Shown here piece by piece: positions 1-10,563 of a stretch of 39,925 bases of DNA (the stretch's first letter is position 1; every line of letters begins with the position of its first letter). The notes beneath the pieces are model-generated. The model saw nothing but the letters and a program-made list of their open reading frames with translations, had not been told where the DNA came from and made no database searches. Source of the DNA: Elsinoe ampelina (Eukaryota); contig ML992540.1 of the NCBI GenBank assembly GCA_010093995.1, forward strand, positions 1 to 39,925. Reading direction: 5' to 3'. The position numbers and the translations under genes are program-made.

Positions 1-1418
1 AATATCAGATTGCCGACATTTTGGAGGATGTTAAGAGTGCCGAAGAAGCGCTCGTCCGACTCGCAGCAACCTTTGACAGCTCCAAGTACGATGTCTGCGA
101 CGGAAGGATCACTATTGCAGCAGTCAGTAGCAAACGCTCCAAGCAAGCGACAGAGGCTCAAAGTCGACTCGAGCAAGCCACCCTACAGCTGGTACCTATG
201 ACGAAGAGCAAGAGTGACCCAGGCTATGAGAGCTGGAAGTCAAACATTCTGACCAAAGGGTCGCTCGGAGACGAGGATTGTCGCCAAGTCATCGCCGGAT
301 TCCTAGAGGCAGCCAAGAAGAAGCCAGCGGTGAAAGTTAGGCCTGAGAAGCTCAAGGAACAGCTAAGCAGGACCAACGAGCTTGCCAAACAGTACATGCT
401 CACCGTGCGCTCCATTCGATTCGTCAACAACGCTCAGACCCTGCTCGCCGGCAGTACTTCTCAATGTTGCAACAGTGCGGACTGCTCAAAGATTTTGGGT
501 TCAAGCATGTCGATTTCGTCACTATGCGGACATCTTATCTGCGACCACTGCTGGATAGGACTCCAAGCAAGTACTGGACTCTGTTCCGCAACAGGTTGCA
601 ACGCCCCCGTGTACAGCTATCACTTACTCCAATCCGAGAAACTCAAGCAAGCTCAGCCTGATGAGTCAGCGGTCGGACTACCTGGGACAAAGGCCAAGGC
701 CGTGATAGACCTCCTTGCCAAGATTAGAGACGCCGATGAGCAGGCCATCTTGTTCGTGCAGTATGCTGAGCAAATTGACGATATGGAAGCAGCATGTGCA
801 GCATCTGGCATCCGCAGCGTGTGCGTCCGCGAGAACTCCTCGGCCTCATCTCAGGTCACCAAATTCCAGACCGAGAAGGACGCTCGCACTCGCGCCACCG
901 TCATCATACTCAATGGGTCCGACTCGTCCGCCGCTGGCGTCAATTTGACGAATGCCAACCACGTGCTTTTCTTCAGTCCCCTTCTCACGGACTCGCAATA
1001 CAGCTACGACGCAGCCATGGCTCAAGCGATCGGCCGTGTGAGGCGTCCTGGACAGACCAAGGATATTCAGGTGTACAGATTCGTCGCCTTGGATACGATC
1101 GACGTGGACATCCTGGAACATCGAGAGCGGCGAGCTGACGCACTGTCAGAGCTTGGCGCGGACGCTATCAGTGTCAAGATTGGAACATCACAAGGGTCAG
1201 AGGAAGAGCCGACGGTCAAGGTACGGGGCACACATGCGGAGCGCACGCAATTGATCAGGGATACCAAAGGGGTGTTCAGGCTAATGCCAAAGAGCTGGCT
1301 GGTCGGACAGAATGTGGATCTGGGCATGACGGGCATTGAAGGCCGGGTAAGAGTGACTGGATACGAGGACTTTAGCAGTTTAGTCAAGTTCTCAAAGGCG
1401 TATTCGGAAGACGACTAG
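1..1418 (+). CDS. C-terminal part of a SNF2-family ATPase with RING finger and HELICc domain, DNMT5/Rad8-like (5' truncated by the window)
   Basis: Open frame from near the window start. RING-like 'C..C...LCGHLICDHC...CSATGC'; helicase C-terminal motifs 'AILFVQY', 'SAAGVNLTNANHVLFFSPLL' and 'QAIGRVRRPGQTKDIQVYRFVALDTID'. TAG at 1416-1418. Confidence 0.85.
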   Translation, partial: YQIADILEDVKSAEEALVRLAATFDSSKYDVCDGRITIAAVSSKRSKQATEAQSRLEQATLQLVPMTKSKSDPGYESWKSNILTKGSLGDEDCRQVIAGFLEAAKKKPAVKVRPEKLKEQLSRTNELAKQYMLTVRSIRFVNNAQTLLAGSTSQCCNSADCSKILGSSMSISSLCGHLICDHCWIGLQASTGLCSATGCNAPVYSYHLLQSEKLKQAQPDESAVGLPGTKAKAVIDLLAKIRDADEQAILFVQYAEQIDDMEAACAASGIRSVCVRENSSASSQVTKFQTEKDARTRATVIILNGSDSSAAGVNLTNANHVLFFSPLLTDSQYSYDAAMAQAIGRVRRPGQTKDIQVYRFVALDTIDVDILEHRERRADALSELGADAISVKIGTSQGSEEEPTVKVRGTHAERTQLIRDTKGVFRLMPKSWLVGQNVDLGMTGIEGRVRVTGYEDFSSLVKFSKAYSEDD

Positions 1419-2562
1419 AACGGGGAGAGATATTATGGAGGTTGGATGTGTACTGTAGACGGGAGCAGGGACTGAAGTGCATGATTAGCGACTGGCGTTC
1501 ATAGAGATGTATTTACTGTAGCCAATCAAGCTTGTCCGTGCAGCCACCCAATACAGTATCGAAAGTGCTCGTGTAGTTGTGGCAAGCTGATCATGTGAGC
1601 CGGATCAGGGGTCAGAGAGGTGACACCCGAAGCCGGCATTGGAGAGCCGCCGCAGATCTTGTACACCTTCAACCTCCTCTTCGGACCTCAACATTTTCAT
1701 CACAATAATCAACCCGTGATCATTGCATGACGCTACGCATTTCAGACCCTTGCTCCACGTGCAGATACGATCCGATTCTGGCTGTGATGAGCTTGGTGAG
1801 ATGCATGCCGCCATGATGCAGGAACACACGTCGGTACTCCTATAACACCCTCGCCACAAGACGCGAGGCTTCTCTCCACCGGTGATGCTCGCCAAGAGAC
1901 ATATCTGAGCTATCTACTGACCTTGTTTGACACTGAATGGCATATGGCTGCAAGGTACGTGACGTCCTATCTTGCTGTTGCATCCTTCCCTTTGTGGCTC
2001 AGACTTTCTCCCTGCTTCTGTGGGCCTCTATAGATCTCATCTCTCCCGCCCTCGACCTATCCCACGTCCGCACGCTATCTACGTATCCGTCACCTATGGC
2101 GCTGATCGGAGGGATTTGAACGCTTTCGAACACGGCAGCATAGCTCGAAATGGTGCCGCAATTGGCCATTGCATCCCGTTCGACAGTACGGGTATCCACA
2201 ACATCTAATCTCCTCCTTCCGTGCAGATATCCTGACGTTCTGTCGCTGGACTTGGACAGAGCCTGCAGCACGTGTATGCGATCGACCGGGGTGCACTGCA
2301 CTCCGCCTCAACGACACCTGCGACAACACGAACCTGTAAGTCTTGCGTGACGACCTCACTGGATTGTCCAAGATGGCATCAAGTCCGTAGTATCGATCAC
2401 CCCAACTCTCCGCAGACGACGCAAGGTTCCACCACGATCGTCTCTCTCCTATAACACCTCCCCATAGACCGCTTACAATTCCCCTCTGTTCACCACGGAC
2501 ATTTCATTCCTGTCAAGAAATTCATAAATCCTCTTCCTCTTCTCCCACCACAAATCACAATC

Positions 2563-3243
2563 ATGAAATTCTCCACTCTCTCAACCCTCACCGCCGCCTT
2601 CCTCACCACCACCGCTCTCGCGACACCCACCAAGCCCCACGGCGCTCCCTTCGCCATTGACCGTCCCGGCGGCGGACCAGGCGGACCACCAGCCGGCGCT
2701 CCCTTCCCGACTGGTATTGTTCCCACTGGCGTCTCTCCAGGAGGCGCAGCACCCACCGGTGGTCCTCCCTCGGGCTCATACGGCCCTCCAGGTGGAAAGA
2801 AGGGGTACGCATTCTTCTTTTCGCCCTTACTTTCTCCCCCGATGTCTTGAAGCTCGTCTCTCTTTCACTTCCTTCCCTTCATCTTCCTCCAGCGCCGCAT
2901 TCCTCCTCCGCCTCTCATCCTCTCCTCCCTCCCTCCCTCCCTCCCTCCTCCTCTTTCTTCATCATCACCCACCCCCACTTCCCCCTCCCCTTTCCCCTCC
3001 TCCATCCATTTACCGTCTTCACCCCCCGCCCCCAACCCCACGAATCACAACTGACCCGATCATCGCAGCGGATCAGGGTACCAACTCCGCAACAAATCCC
3101 ACGTAGGACTCGACGGCCTCGGCCCCCGAGGCCCAAGTAAAGGCTGGAAAGGATGGCATGGTGGAAATGGCGGCAAGGGCGGCCATGGAGGAGGGAGGCC
3201 GACTGGGACGCGGCCGGCGGGGCCGAGGGGGACGGGGTACTAG
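2563..3243 (+). CDS. Small secreted Gly/Pro-rich protein (~138 aa, 2 exons: 2563-2804 and 3069-3243)
   Basis: Good ATG context (acaatcATG) and signal peptide MKFSTLSTLTAAFLTTTALA. Donor GTACGC at 2805, branch CTGAC at 3051, acceptor CAG at 3066-3068. The spliced frame continues Gly-rich (GGKKGGSGYQLR...RPTGTRPAGPRGTGY) to TAG at 3241-3243. Confidence 0.7.
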
Positions 3244-3968
3244 ATCTGCTTTTGGTAGCTCGACTGGGGAGAGGGGGAGGTGAGGTGGTAGGGGGAGGGG
3301 CAGGTGAGGAAGGATGGAGGAGAAAAGGAAGGGGCCGAGTGGGGAGAGAGAAGTTGGTGGGACCTGTTGGGTGGGGGTGGTGGGAGGTTTGGGGGTTGGT
3401 GTTGTGAGGTGTGAGGGGTAGGCAGGGGGAGGGGGAGGGTTTGTATGAGTAGATACTTTGGGAGGGGGGGTTGATGGTAGAAGTTTAGATGAATGAGATG
3501 TTGTGGGGATGAACAGTGCCTTGGTCGGGATGCTTCTGTGACATGGAGAGAGGTAGTGCCTGGGCGTAAACCGCATCCATTTAACTGTCATGTTTGGGTA
3601 TATACTACTGTCGCCCGCCCCCCAGTCAATCCGTGTATAGTCGCACTGACACCCACACGAGAAGGAGAATATCAATCTCATGACCTTCATCTCGAGGCAA
3701 TCGCCTTTCGTAACCCAGCCGTCCAATTCGCCAAAACGCCCCTCCCCTTGAGCAAATCACTTCCCCTCCTACCCCTGTCCCACCTCTCCTCCACGCCAAA
3801 TTGCACACTTTTCTTCCTGTTCCCGTTCGCGTTCACGGAAGACACATCAGAGCGCCCATCAGCGCGCACGCGAGCCCCATCACCGAGCCCGCGCGCGGGA
3901 GTCCGCTCGAGCCTTTCCTCCTCGAAAGCCCCGGGCGAACCCACCTCTGTCGCGTCCCCCCGCCCCCG

Positions 3969-4447
3969 CTATTCGATGCCGTGCTCCTTCTTGAGCTTTT
4001 CTAAATTGGCCGCGCGCTCGGCCAGGTCGGCTTGTTTTTGCAGCATCTTCTCCGGTTGGTGGTATAGCACCACGAGGTAGCGGGATTGGAAGTTGAAGCC
4101 GTTGAGTTTGTCGCAGGCTTGTTTGGCGTCCATGATGTCTTCGAAGACGACGAAGGCGGTGCCTTTGGTGTTGGGCGACATGCCCTGGCGGATTTGGCTT
4201 GGAAGGAGTCAGCAGTTGGGATGTGGAGGGGGTTTCGGGATGCGCATCGGAGATGTCGAGGGGGAGTGAACGTACCGGACAGGACCGAATTTGCCGAAGA
4301 GATCGAACAGCTCCTCGGGTGAGACGTTGTAGCTCAAGTTCTTGACGAACAGAGCACTGTAGAATGGTCAGGAATTGATCGCGTGATTACTCTTCAAGGG
4401 AGAGGGTACCGGTTGACTTCTGGTGGAAGCTTGACATTGCGACTCAT
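3969..4447 (-). CDS. SF3B6: Pre-mRNA branch-site protein p14 (SF3b subunit 6), RRM; exons 4447-4410, 4356-4276, 4197-3969
   Basis: Spliced translation [84 protein letters not shown] matches the p14 family signature. Introns are GTACC..CAG and GTACG..AAG with a CTGAC branch. Confidence 0.95.
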
Positions 4448-5181
4448 AGCTTGGTGAAGGAATTGGAGGGGCTGGTATCTGATCTGTCGTAAAGATCGTC
4501 AAGCACTCGAGAGAGTGTTGTTGGGTGTGATATGGAAGAGGGGCGCAAGGATGAGTTGAAGGTCGGAAGCGGCATGAAAGGCTTGGCAGTCCAGATAGGC
4601 AACAATGCGTTTGCGGAGTTGCCTGTATACTTCTGAGCCATTTGTACACTGAGATGGAGGCAGCCCGTATCTCCCTTGGCTCAAATACAGACACGACCAA
4701 AAGTCTTGTGCACCACTTCATCAACGAATCAGATCCAGAATTCACTCCTCCTCCGATTTCCGCGATCGGTTCGCACTCATTCCAGGCGCTGCGACGACAC
4801 CTGCTCGTTCAACACGCACATCCAGCTTGCTCTCTCGATTTGAGAGACCCAAAATCATTCTTACAGCCTGCTCTCGTCGACATTGGGCATTTTCTACTCT
4901 GTTCCAGGCACTACCTACCGAGTTCTCGGACCGTAGCTCGCACCAGCCGCTTGCCCCTCCACCGAGGTTTCGACAACCTCACACAACATCATACAATCAC
5001 AACCGCGTTGCAGACCTCAGCTCACGTTGTCAAATACCCAGAAGCACTCGAAAACAATATCATGCCTACGCCTTGACCGATCTGCTCAGTGTGCGTTGCG
5101 CTACAGGAGCTACCCAACACGCGTCTATCAGACACTCCGACCTCACACCACACTTGCAGCTCCCATCCGTCACCATCTACA

Positions 5182-8100
5182 ATGGACCGTCCTGGTCGCT
5201 CAACATTCAAACCTCCTTACGAGGGGTTGCAAACGTATGCGAGGTTTCATTCACCCGAGGCGCCTGCCATTGAACCTCTCTCGCCTACAATTCCGCCGCA
5301 AGACACACCGTACTCCGCCTTTCTCAAGAACTACTCGAAAGAAGAGCCAAAGTCGGGAAAAGCAAAGGGAACACAACGGAAGCAACCAAGAGCAAAGAAG
5401 ACATCACAAGACAAGACACCACGCACTCCGAATGAACACAAACGCAAGTCTTCCAATACCATTGACGAACTTGCTCAAGTGGCTCTTGCCGTGAGCGAGC
5501 CAGCACCAGGATCATCGTCCAAATTCCCCTCATATCCATTCAACAATACTTACAGTCAATATCCGGGAAGCCATGGCGTGCAGTGGACCTCACCCCCTGC
5601 TCCGGTCACTCCGTTTGCTCGTCCTGCCAAACGCGCACGCTCCGAGGCCTTTGTCCACTCCTCATACTCATACCAGCCAAACGTACGACCAGCAACGAGC
5701 AATGTTCCAGCCCAGCATGCGAATAGGACACCTGCCAGTACCGATTATGAGGCAGCTGAGCTTCTGCTGGCCTTCGGTGGTCATGCACCTACAGTAGCTG
5801 CACTACCACCTCCTCCACCACCACCTGCGCCCTCTTACTATCCTCAAACTCACCAGCGTACGCCGGCATTGCCAGTACCTCCTCAGTTGCAGCATCATTG
5901 GTCGAACCCAACTCCCATCTATGCGCCTGTTCCACCACCACTACCATTCGTTCCGCAAAACGCTGACTCGAGCTACTTGCCTTCTCCCCAACCTACTACA
6001 GAAGAGCCACACATCTCCTCGAAAGAGCCATCAGATCATGATGCAACTGGCAGTGACGATCACATGGAAGATGTGGTTACAACAGGAACGAACATGCAGA
6101 TACATACTCCTCCCGAGGACGTCGTCCAAGGCACTGGCCAGACAGATGAGAAGGCCGGTGTGTTCGAGCAAGAGCTGGCGCATGAGGGCACACCTGCCGA
6201 GTCTGAGGAGGCCAAACCGAAGAGGAAGGGTTGGCCAAAAGGCAAGCCTCGAGGTCCAAGGAAGAGCGGTGCAACAGCCACCGCGAAGCCGAAGCCAACC
6301 GGAAGGCGAGGACGAAAACCTGCTGCAGCAAAGATTACGGACGATGTGCCTCCCCCCCGCAGAAAGTCGTTCACCGAAATCGACTTGCCTCATCAAAGCC
6401 TCGACTACGAGAGCTCGAGTCGACCAAGTTCAGTACCACCGAACTGCCAATTCGTGCCTGGTAAACCACGACCGACCGGCGGCAAGAAGGCATTACCGAA
6501 ACTTACAAAGGATACCGTCTGTGGTAGCTGCACAACAGCAAGAGAATCATCCTTTGGCGAGCTTGATACCTGGATCAGTTGTAACGGTTGCAAGAAGTGG
6601 TACCATGCCGATTGTGCCGGCTTCAAGAGCATTCGCGAGGTACACGATATCGACAAGTATTTCTGCACCGCTTGTGAAGCCGAGCACGGACAGACCACAT
6701 TCGTGCGCAAATCGACACGGGCGCACACTGCTGTGGATTATGCGGGCTTGAATCAAGGTGTGCTCAAGACTTCTGAAGACTGCAAAGAGCATCACTACAT
6801 CCAGTCTATCAAGGATGGTACTTTCAAGTTTGACGAGGAGGTCTTCCCGCGCATGAGACCAGAGCTGGTGACTGCTGATTATTTTGAGCGAAGTGCTTGT
6901 TTCAATCAGCCGATTCTCATCCCTGCCGAATTCAACCCAAAGGCAAACACGCAACGCAAGTCACAAATGGACGAAGACATGAACATGATGCTCGACGGCG
7001 CTGCCGATGTGCTGCCATCGGGCAGTAATGATGACCTTCTCCCGGACTTTGAGTATGAGTGCGTGCCTGACGATGGGCAAGATAAGCTGGACATGGTCAT
7101 CCCGCCCAATCTTACAGTCCGCAAGGTGTCTGAGCTAGTCGGACCAGATTATCCTTTGGATGTTATCGAGACCAAACATCAGAACACAAAGGGTCCGATC
7201 AAGACTTTGGGCAGATTCGCAGACTACTACGAGCTCGAAGGTGAGAAGGATATCCGCAACGTCATCAGCCTCGAGGTGTCTGCTACCAAACTTGGTCGAC
7301 TTTTGCGAAGGCCCAAGGTTGTCCGTCAAATCGACTTACAAGACAATGTCTGGCCTGCAGAAGAGCCGGCCAAGAGTGTGGCTTTCTACTGTCTGATGTC
7401 TGCTGCGGACAGTTATACAGACTTCCACATCGACTTTGGTGGATCATCCGTCTACTACCACATCATCCGCGGAAGCAAGACTTTCTTCTTCATCCCACCA
7501 AAGGCGAAGCACCTCAAGGCATACGAGGACTGGAACAACTCGCCGGAGCAGAACTTCACCTTCCTGCCGAACATCACCGGCGAATGCTATCGAGTGGATC
7601 TTTTTGAAGGAGACACCATGCTTATTCCGTCGGGCTGGATCCATGCCGTCTGGACTCCGTCTAACAGTCTGGTCATCGGTGGTAACTTCTTGACACATTT
7701 GCATTATTCCATGCAGTTTCGGGTCGTTGAAGTTGAAAAAGCCAACAAGACACCACAAAAGTTCAGATACCCCAAGTTCCAAAAAGTCATGTGGTACTCT
7801 GTTCTGCGATATCTGAGGGAGGACCCTCTGCCGAACGCTGTGCGGGAAATCTTCTATTCTGGGGAGCGCTTCGAGCGTGAATATCCTACCTGGCAGGAGT
7901 TTGACCTCGTAGGTGACAAGGCGGATCAGGGCAGCGAGCTATACAACGCACGCTACTATTCACAGCAGGAGCTTGACGGGCTACCAGAACTCGTCAGCTT
8001 CATCTTCCGAACCGTCATGATCTCACAGGATCGCATAGAAGGGGTTACACAAGAGTCCAGAAAGGCTGTCATGGCGTCAATGCCAAAGACATTTGGTGAC

Positions 8101-10236
8101 ACACTCGAATTGGCCAAGACATTTGCGCTATGGGTGGCTTGGAAACGCGGCAATGAAGATCCTCCTGCATGGGCTCATCCTGATGCAGGTCTGCCGGAGA
8201 AAGAAGCCAATGTCGAGCCAAAGAAGCTCTCGGCAAAAGTGCTCAAAGCGATGCAGAGACAAGAAGCATTCCAAGCACGACAGATGTTTCCTGGCAGACA
8301 GTCGGCTCGGAAGAAAGAGCAGGACGAGGCTAAAGCAAAGGAGATCGAGGACCGAAAGGATAAAGATTCGTCACCTCAGCCACTCACTTCCACACCTAAG
8401 ACGTCTGGACTGGGTCCGAAGCGGGTTGCCTGTGATGCATGCAGGCGTCGACGAATTCGTTGCAAGCACAAGGATCAGATCGCAGATGGCGTCCATCCTG
8501 CACCTTCTGCAATGCCAGTGTCGGACCGCAGGGGATCAAGAGAGTTTGAAGCAGTTGTCATTCCAAGGATGTCCAAAAGTGTGGCTGCTGGAATTCCTCC
8601 AGCAGCCGTAACACCAAGAAATCCACCATCGAAAAAGGCTACACCCGGATCCATGATTCCGTTCACGCCCTCGCAGGCATCATCGGATACAATCTCAGTC
8701 GCGCCTCTGACAGGTCCTAAATTTTCCACACCCGCCATGCCTTCGCTTCAGACGCAACCCTCCAGCGCCGATGGCAGTGCCAAGCGAGGAAGAAGCAAGG
8801 CATGCGCGGATTGCCGGAAGAGCAAAGTGAGTACTTCACGCAGTCCATCTCCCATCTTTTCTGACAACATACAGCGTCGATGCGTACATGATGAGAATGG
8901 CCAGATTGATCCGGTCAAGGAGAAACAGGCCCCGATTCCACGTAGCAACGCTACGAAGAAACGCAAGAGCACAGATGGGCATTCTGTCGAGATCAAACGG
9001 TTCAAGAACGAGTTTCAGGATCCACTGCAGATCTATCCTGGACCTTCTTACTCGTCTGGTTATTCCGACATGCAAGCTAATATCCAAGTCGCTCCTGCAC
9101 GGAGTAACACACAACAACTAGCAGAGCAAGCCATTGCTATCGATCCACAGCTCGATGCTTTCGCAGACCATGCCGACTACCAACAGACGGCGGACTTCGA
9201 AGGTGCAGATGGAGCAGGTTCCACTGCCTCGTTCGAGCACTTTGCGGCTCAAGCACTACAGCAAAGCAACATAGTGGATGCTGTTGATCCAGCGCTCATG
9301 GATGCCGAAGTCGATCCGAGCATTGCAACACACAAGCACGAATCATTGGTTGCGACTCACGAGACCAGTAGCACAGACTCTGCAGTCGCCATGACGGGGA
9401 GCTTTCCCAAAGAGACCGGACAGAAGCCAACAGCGGACTTTGATCAAGTTGACCTGCTTGCTGCGCCGCCACAAGAACACAATGTGGACCAAATCATGGC
9501 TGATGCTGAATCTCATGGGCCAGAGCAGCACTCGCTCGCTAGCCACGATGTACCAACGATTTCGGATCAATTGAACGTCGGCACAGACCAGCCTCTTACT
9601 AATGGCATTTCTGAGGCCGGACAGCAAGTGCAGGCGACCTTGTCTGCTCCAGTGGACGTTCAACCCTCAATAGAGCCTGCGCATTCAATCGAGCATCCGG
9701 AAAGCAGGCGACCTCGTACTCCAGTCGCCAACGATCCACCATCCCTATCGTCAGCGTCTTCGCCATTGAGCTCCACACATGCTACACCAGAACCGGCTCA
9801 ACAACTGTACCATTCTGCCGAGTCAGCAAGTGTCCGCCAATCCACTCGAAGTGCCAAGCCGGTGGAGCGCTTCGCCAACAGGACATTTGCAGGATCGCTG
9901 CTTCCTCAACCTGTCGATTCGCCTGCCAAGCCAAGAGACGCGACTCCCTCCAAGACGGCCATCAACGGCTATGGCTCGGCTGAAGTCGCTTCCGATTTGG
10001 GCGTGGCAGCTATGCCAGCGGATCTCCTTCATGACGTTATCGCTGTTATGCACGGGGCCGCACCAAAGGCTCGCACACCATCAAGGTCGGAGAAGGGCAG
10101 AAGCAAGAGCAGGACTCCGGGGCTGGAGATCAAGACGGAAGAGCAAATGCAGGAGGAAGAAAGTTTGAGGCTGGCTAGAGAGCTGGCTGGTGAAAATTTC
10201 GGGTTGAGGGTAAGGAGGAGTGGCAGTCACAATTGA
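5182..10236 (+). CDS. JHD1: PHD + JmjC histone demethylase (Jhd1/KDM2-like, H3K36-type), with basic AT-hook-like motifs and two C-terminal Cys-cluster motifs; one 48-nt intron at 8827-8874
   Basis: PHD 'CGSC...WISCNGCKKWYHADC...YFCTAC' (~6520-6675). JmjC 'NVISLEVS', 'YTDFHIDFGGSSVYYH' and 'IPSGWIHAVWTP..SLVIGGNFL' with an intact HxD...H triad. First in-frame ATG is at 5182 (the ORF-track start at 5089 is GTG). Confidence 0.92.
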   Translation: MDRPGRSTFKPPYEGLQTYARFHSPEAPAIEPLSPTIPPQDTPYSAFLKNYSKEEPKSGKAKGTQRKQPRAKKTSQDKTPRTPNEHKRKSSNTIDELAQVALAVSEPAPGSSSKFPSYPFNNTYSQYPGSHGVQWTSPPAPVTPFARPAKRARSEAFVHSSYSYQPNVRPATSNVPAQHANRTPASTDYEAAELLLAFGGHAPTVAALPPPPPPPAPSYYPQTHQRTPALPVPPQLQHHWSNPTPIYAPVPPPLPFVPQNADSSYLPSPQPTTEEPHISSKEPSDHDATGSDDHMEDVVTTGTNMQIHTPPEDVVQGTGQTDEKAGVFEQELAHEGTPAESEEAKPKRKGWPKGKPRGPRKSGATATAKPKPTGRRGRKPAAAKITDDVPPPRRKSFTEIDLPHQSLDYESSSRPSSVPPNCQFVPGKPRPTGGKKALPKLTKDTVCGSCTTARESSFGELDTWISCNGCKKWYHADCAGFKSIREVHDIDKYFCTACEAEHGQTTFVRKSTRAHTAVDYAGLNQGVLKTSEDCKEHHYIQSIKDGTFKFDEEVFPRMRPELVTADYFERSACFNQPILIPAEFNPKANTQRKSQMDEDMNMMLDGAADVLPSGSNDDLLPDFEYECVPDDGQDKLDMVIPPNLTVRKVSELVGPDYPLDVIETKHQNTKGPIKTLGRFADYYELEGEKDIRNVISLEVSATKLGRLLRRPKVVRQIDLQDNVWPAEEPAKSVAFYCLMSAADSYTDFHIDFGGSSVYYHIIRGSKTFFFIPPKAKHLKAYEDWNNSPEQNFTFLPNITGECYRVDLFEGDTMLIPSGWIHAVWTPSNSLVIGGNFLTHLHYSMQFRVVEVEKANKTPQKFRYPKFQKVMWYSVLRYLREDPLPNAVREIFYSGERFEREYPTWQEFDLVGDKADQGSELYNARYYSQQELDGLPELVSFIFRTVMISQDRIEGVTQESRKAVMASMPKTFGDTLELAKTFALWVAWKRGNEDPPAWAHPDAGLPEKEANVEPKKLSAKVLKAMQRQEAFQARQMFPGRQSARKKEQDEAKAKEIEDRKDKDSSPQPLTSTPKTSGLGPKRVACDACRRRRIRCKHKDQIADGVHPAPSAMPVSDRRGSREFEAVVIPRMSKSVAAGIPPAAVTPRNPPSKKATPGSMIPFTPSQASSDTISVAPLTGPKFSTPAMPSLQTQPSSADGSAKRGRSKACADCRKSKVSTSRSPSPIFSDNIQRRCVHDENGQIDPVKEKQAPIPRSNATKKRKSTDGHSVEIKRFKNEFQDPLQIYPGPSYSSGYSDMQANIQVAPARSNTQQLAEQAIAIDPQLDAFADHADYQQTADFEGADGAGSTASFEHFAAQALQQSNIVDAVDPALMDAEVDPSIATHKHESLVATHETSSTDSAVAMTGSFPKETGQKPTADFDQVDLLAAPPQEHNVDQIMADAESHGPEQHSLASHDVPTISDQLNVGTDQPLTNGISEAGQQVQATLSAPVDVQPSIEPAHSIEHPESRRPRTPVANDPPSLSSASSPLSSTHATPEPAQQLYHSAESASVRQSTRSAKPVERFANRTFAGSLLPQPVDSPAKPRDATPSKTAINGYGSAEVASDLGVAAMPADLLHDVIAVMHGAAPKARTPSRSEKGRSKSRTPGLEIKTEEQMQEEESLRLARELAGENFGLRVRRSGSHN

Positions 10237-10563
10237 TTGCAGACCTGGGCCGGTTGGCCGACACACCCAAGCAATCAAGGGTGAGGTGGGTTGGCTTCCT
10301 CGAGACATTGGAAGGAAGCAGATATGATGGAGCTGGCATGAGATACCCTTGCAGCTGGTTACGAGCATAGCATGAATGTAATGATGGTGGTCGGTGGGCA
10401 AAAAGACCTCACGGCATATATACCAAAACAAGAAATCCATATTGATCATATCACGACTTGACCCTTGCAGCCAGCCTGTTTTTCTCCCACAAACTCCCAA
10501 ACGCCACGCATGGTGCATCCCTTTTGTCCTCTCATCCTCTCCGCCCTCACGCCTGCCTCAACA

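Noticed and set aside
2657..3726. Overlapping Pro-rich ORFs (149 aa +, 217 aa -)
   Set aside because: Translations of poly-C/poly-G low-complexity intron and UTR sequence; the spliced secreted-protein model explains the region better.
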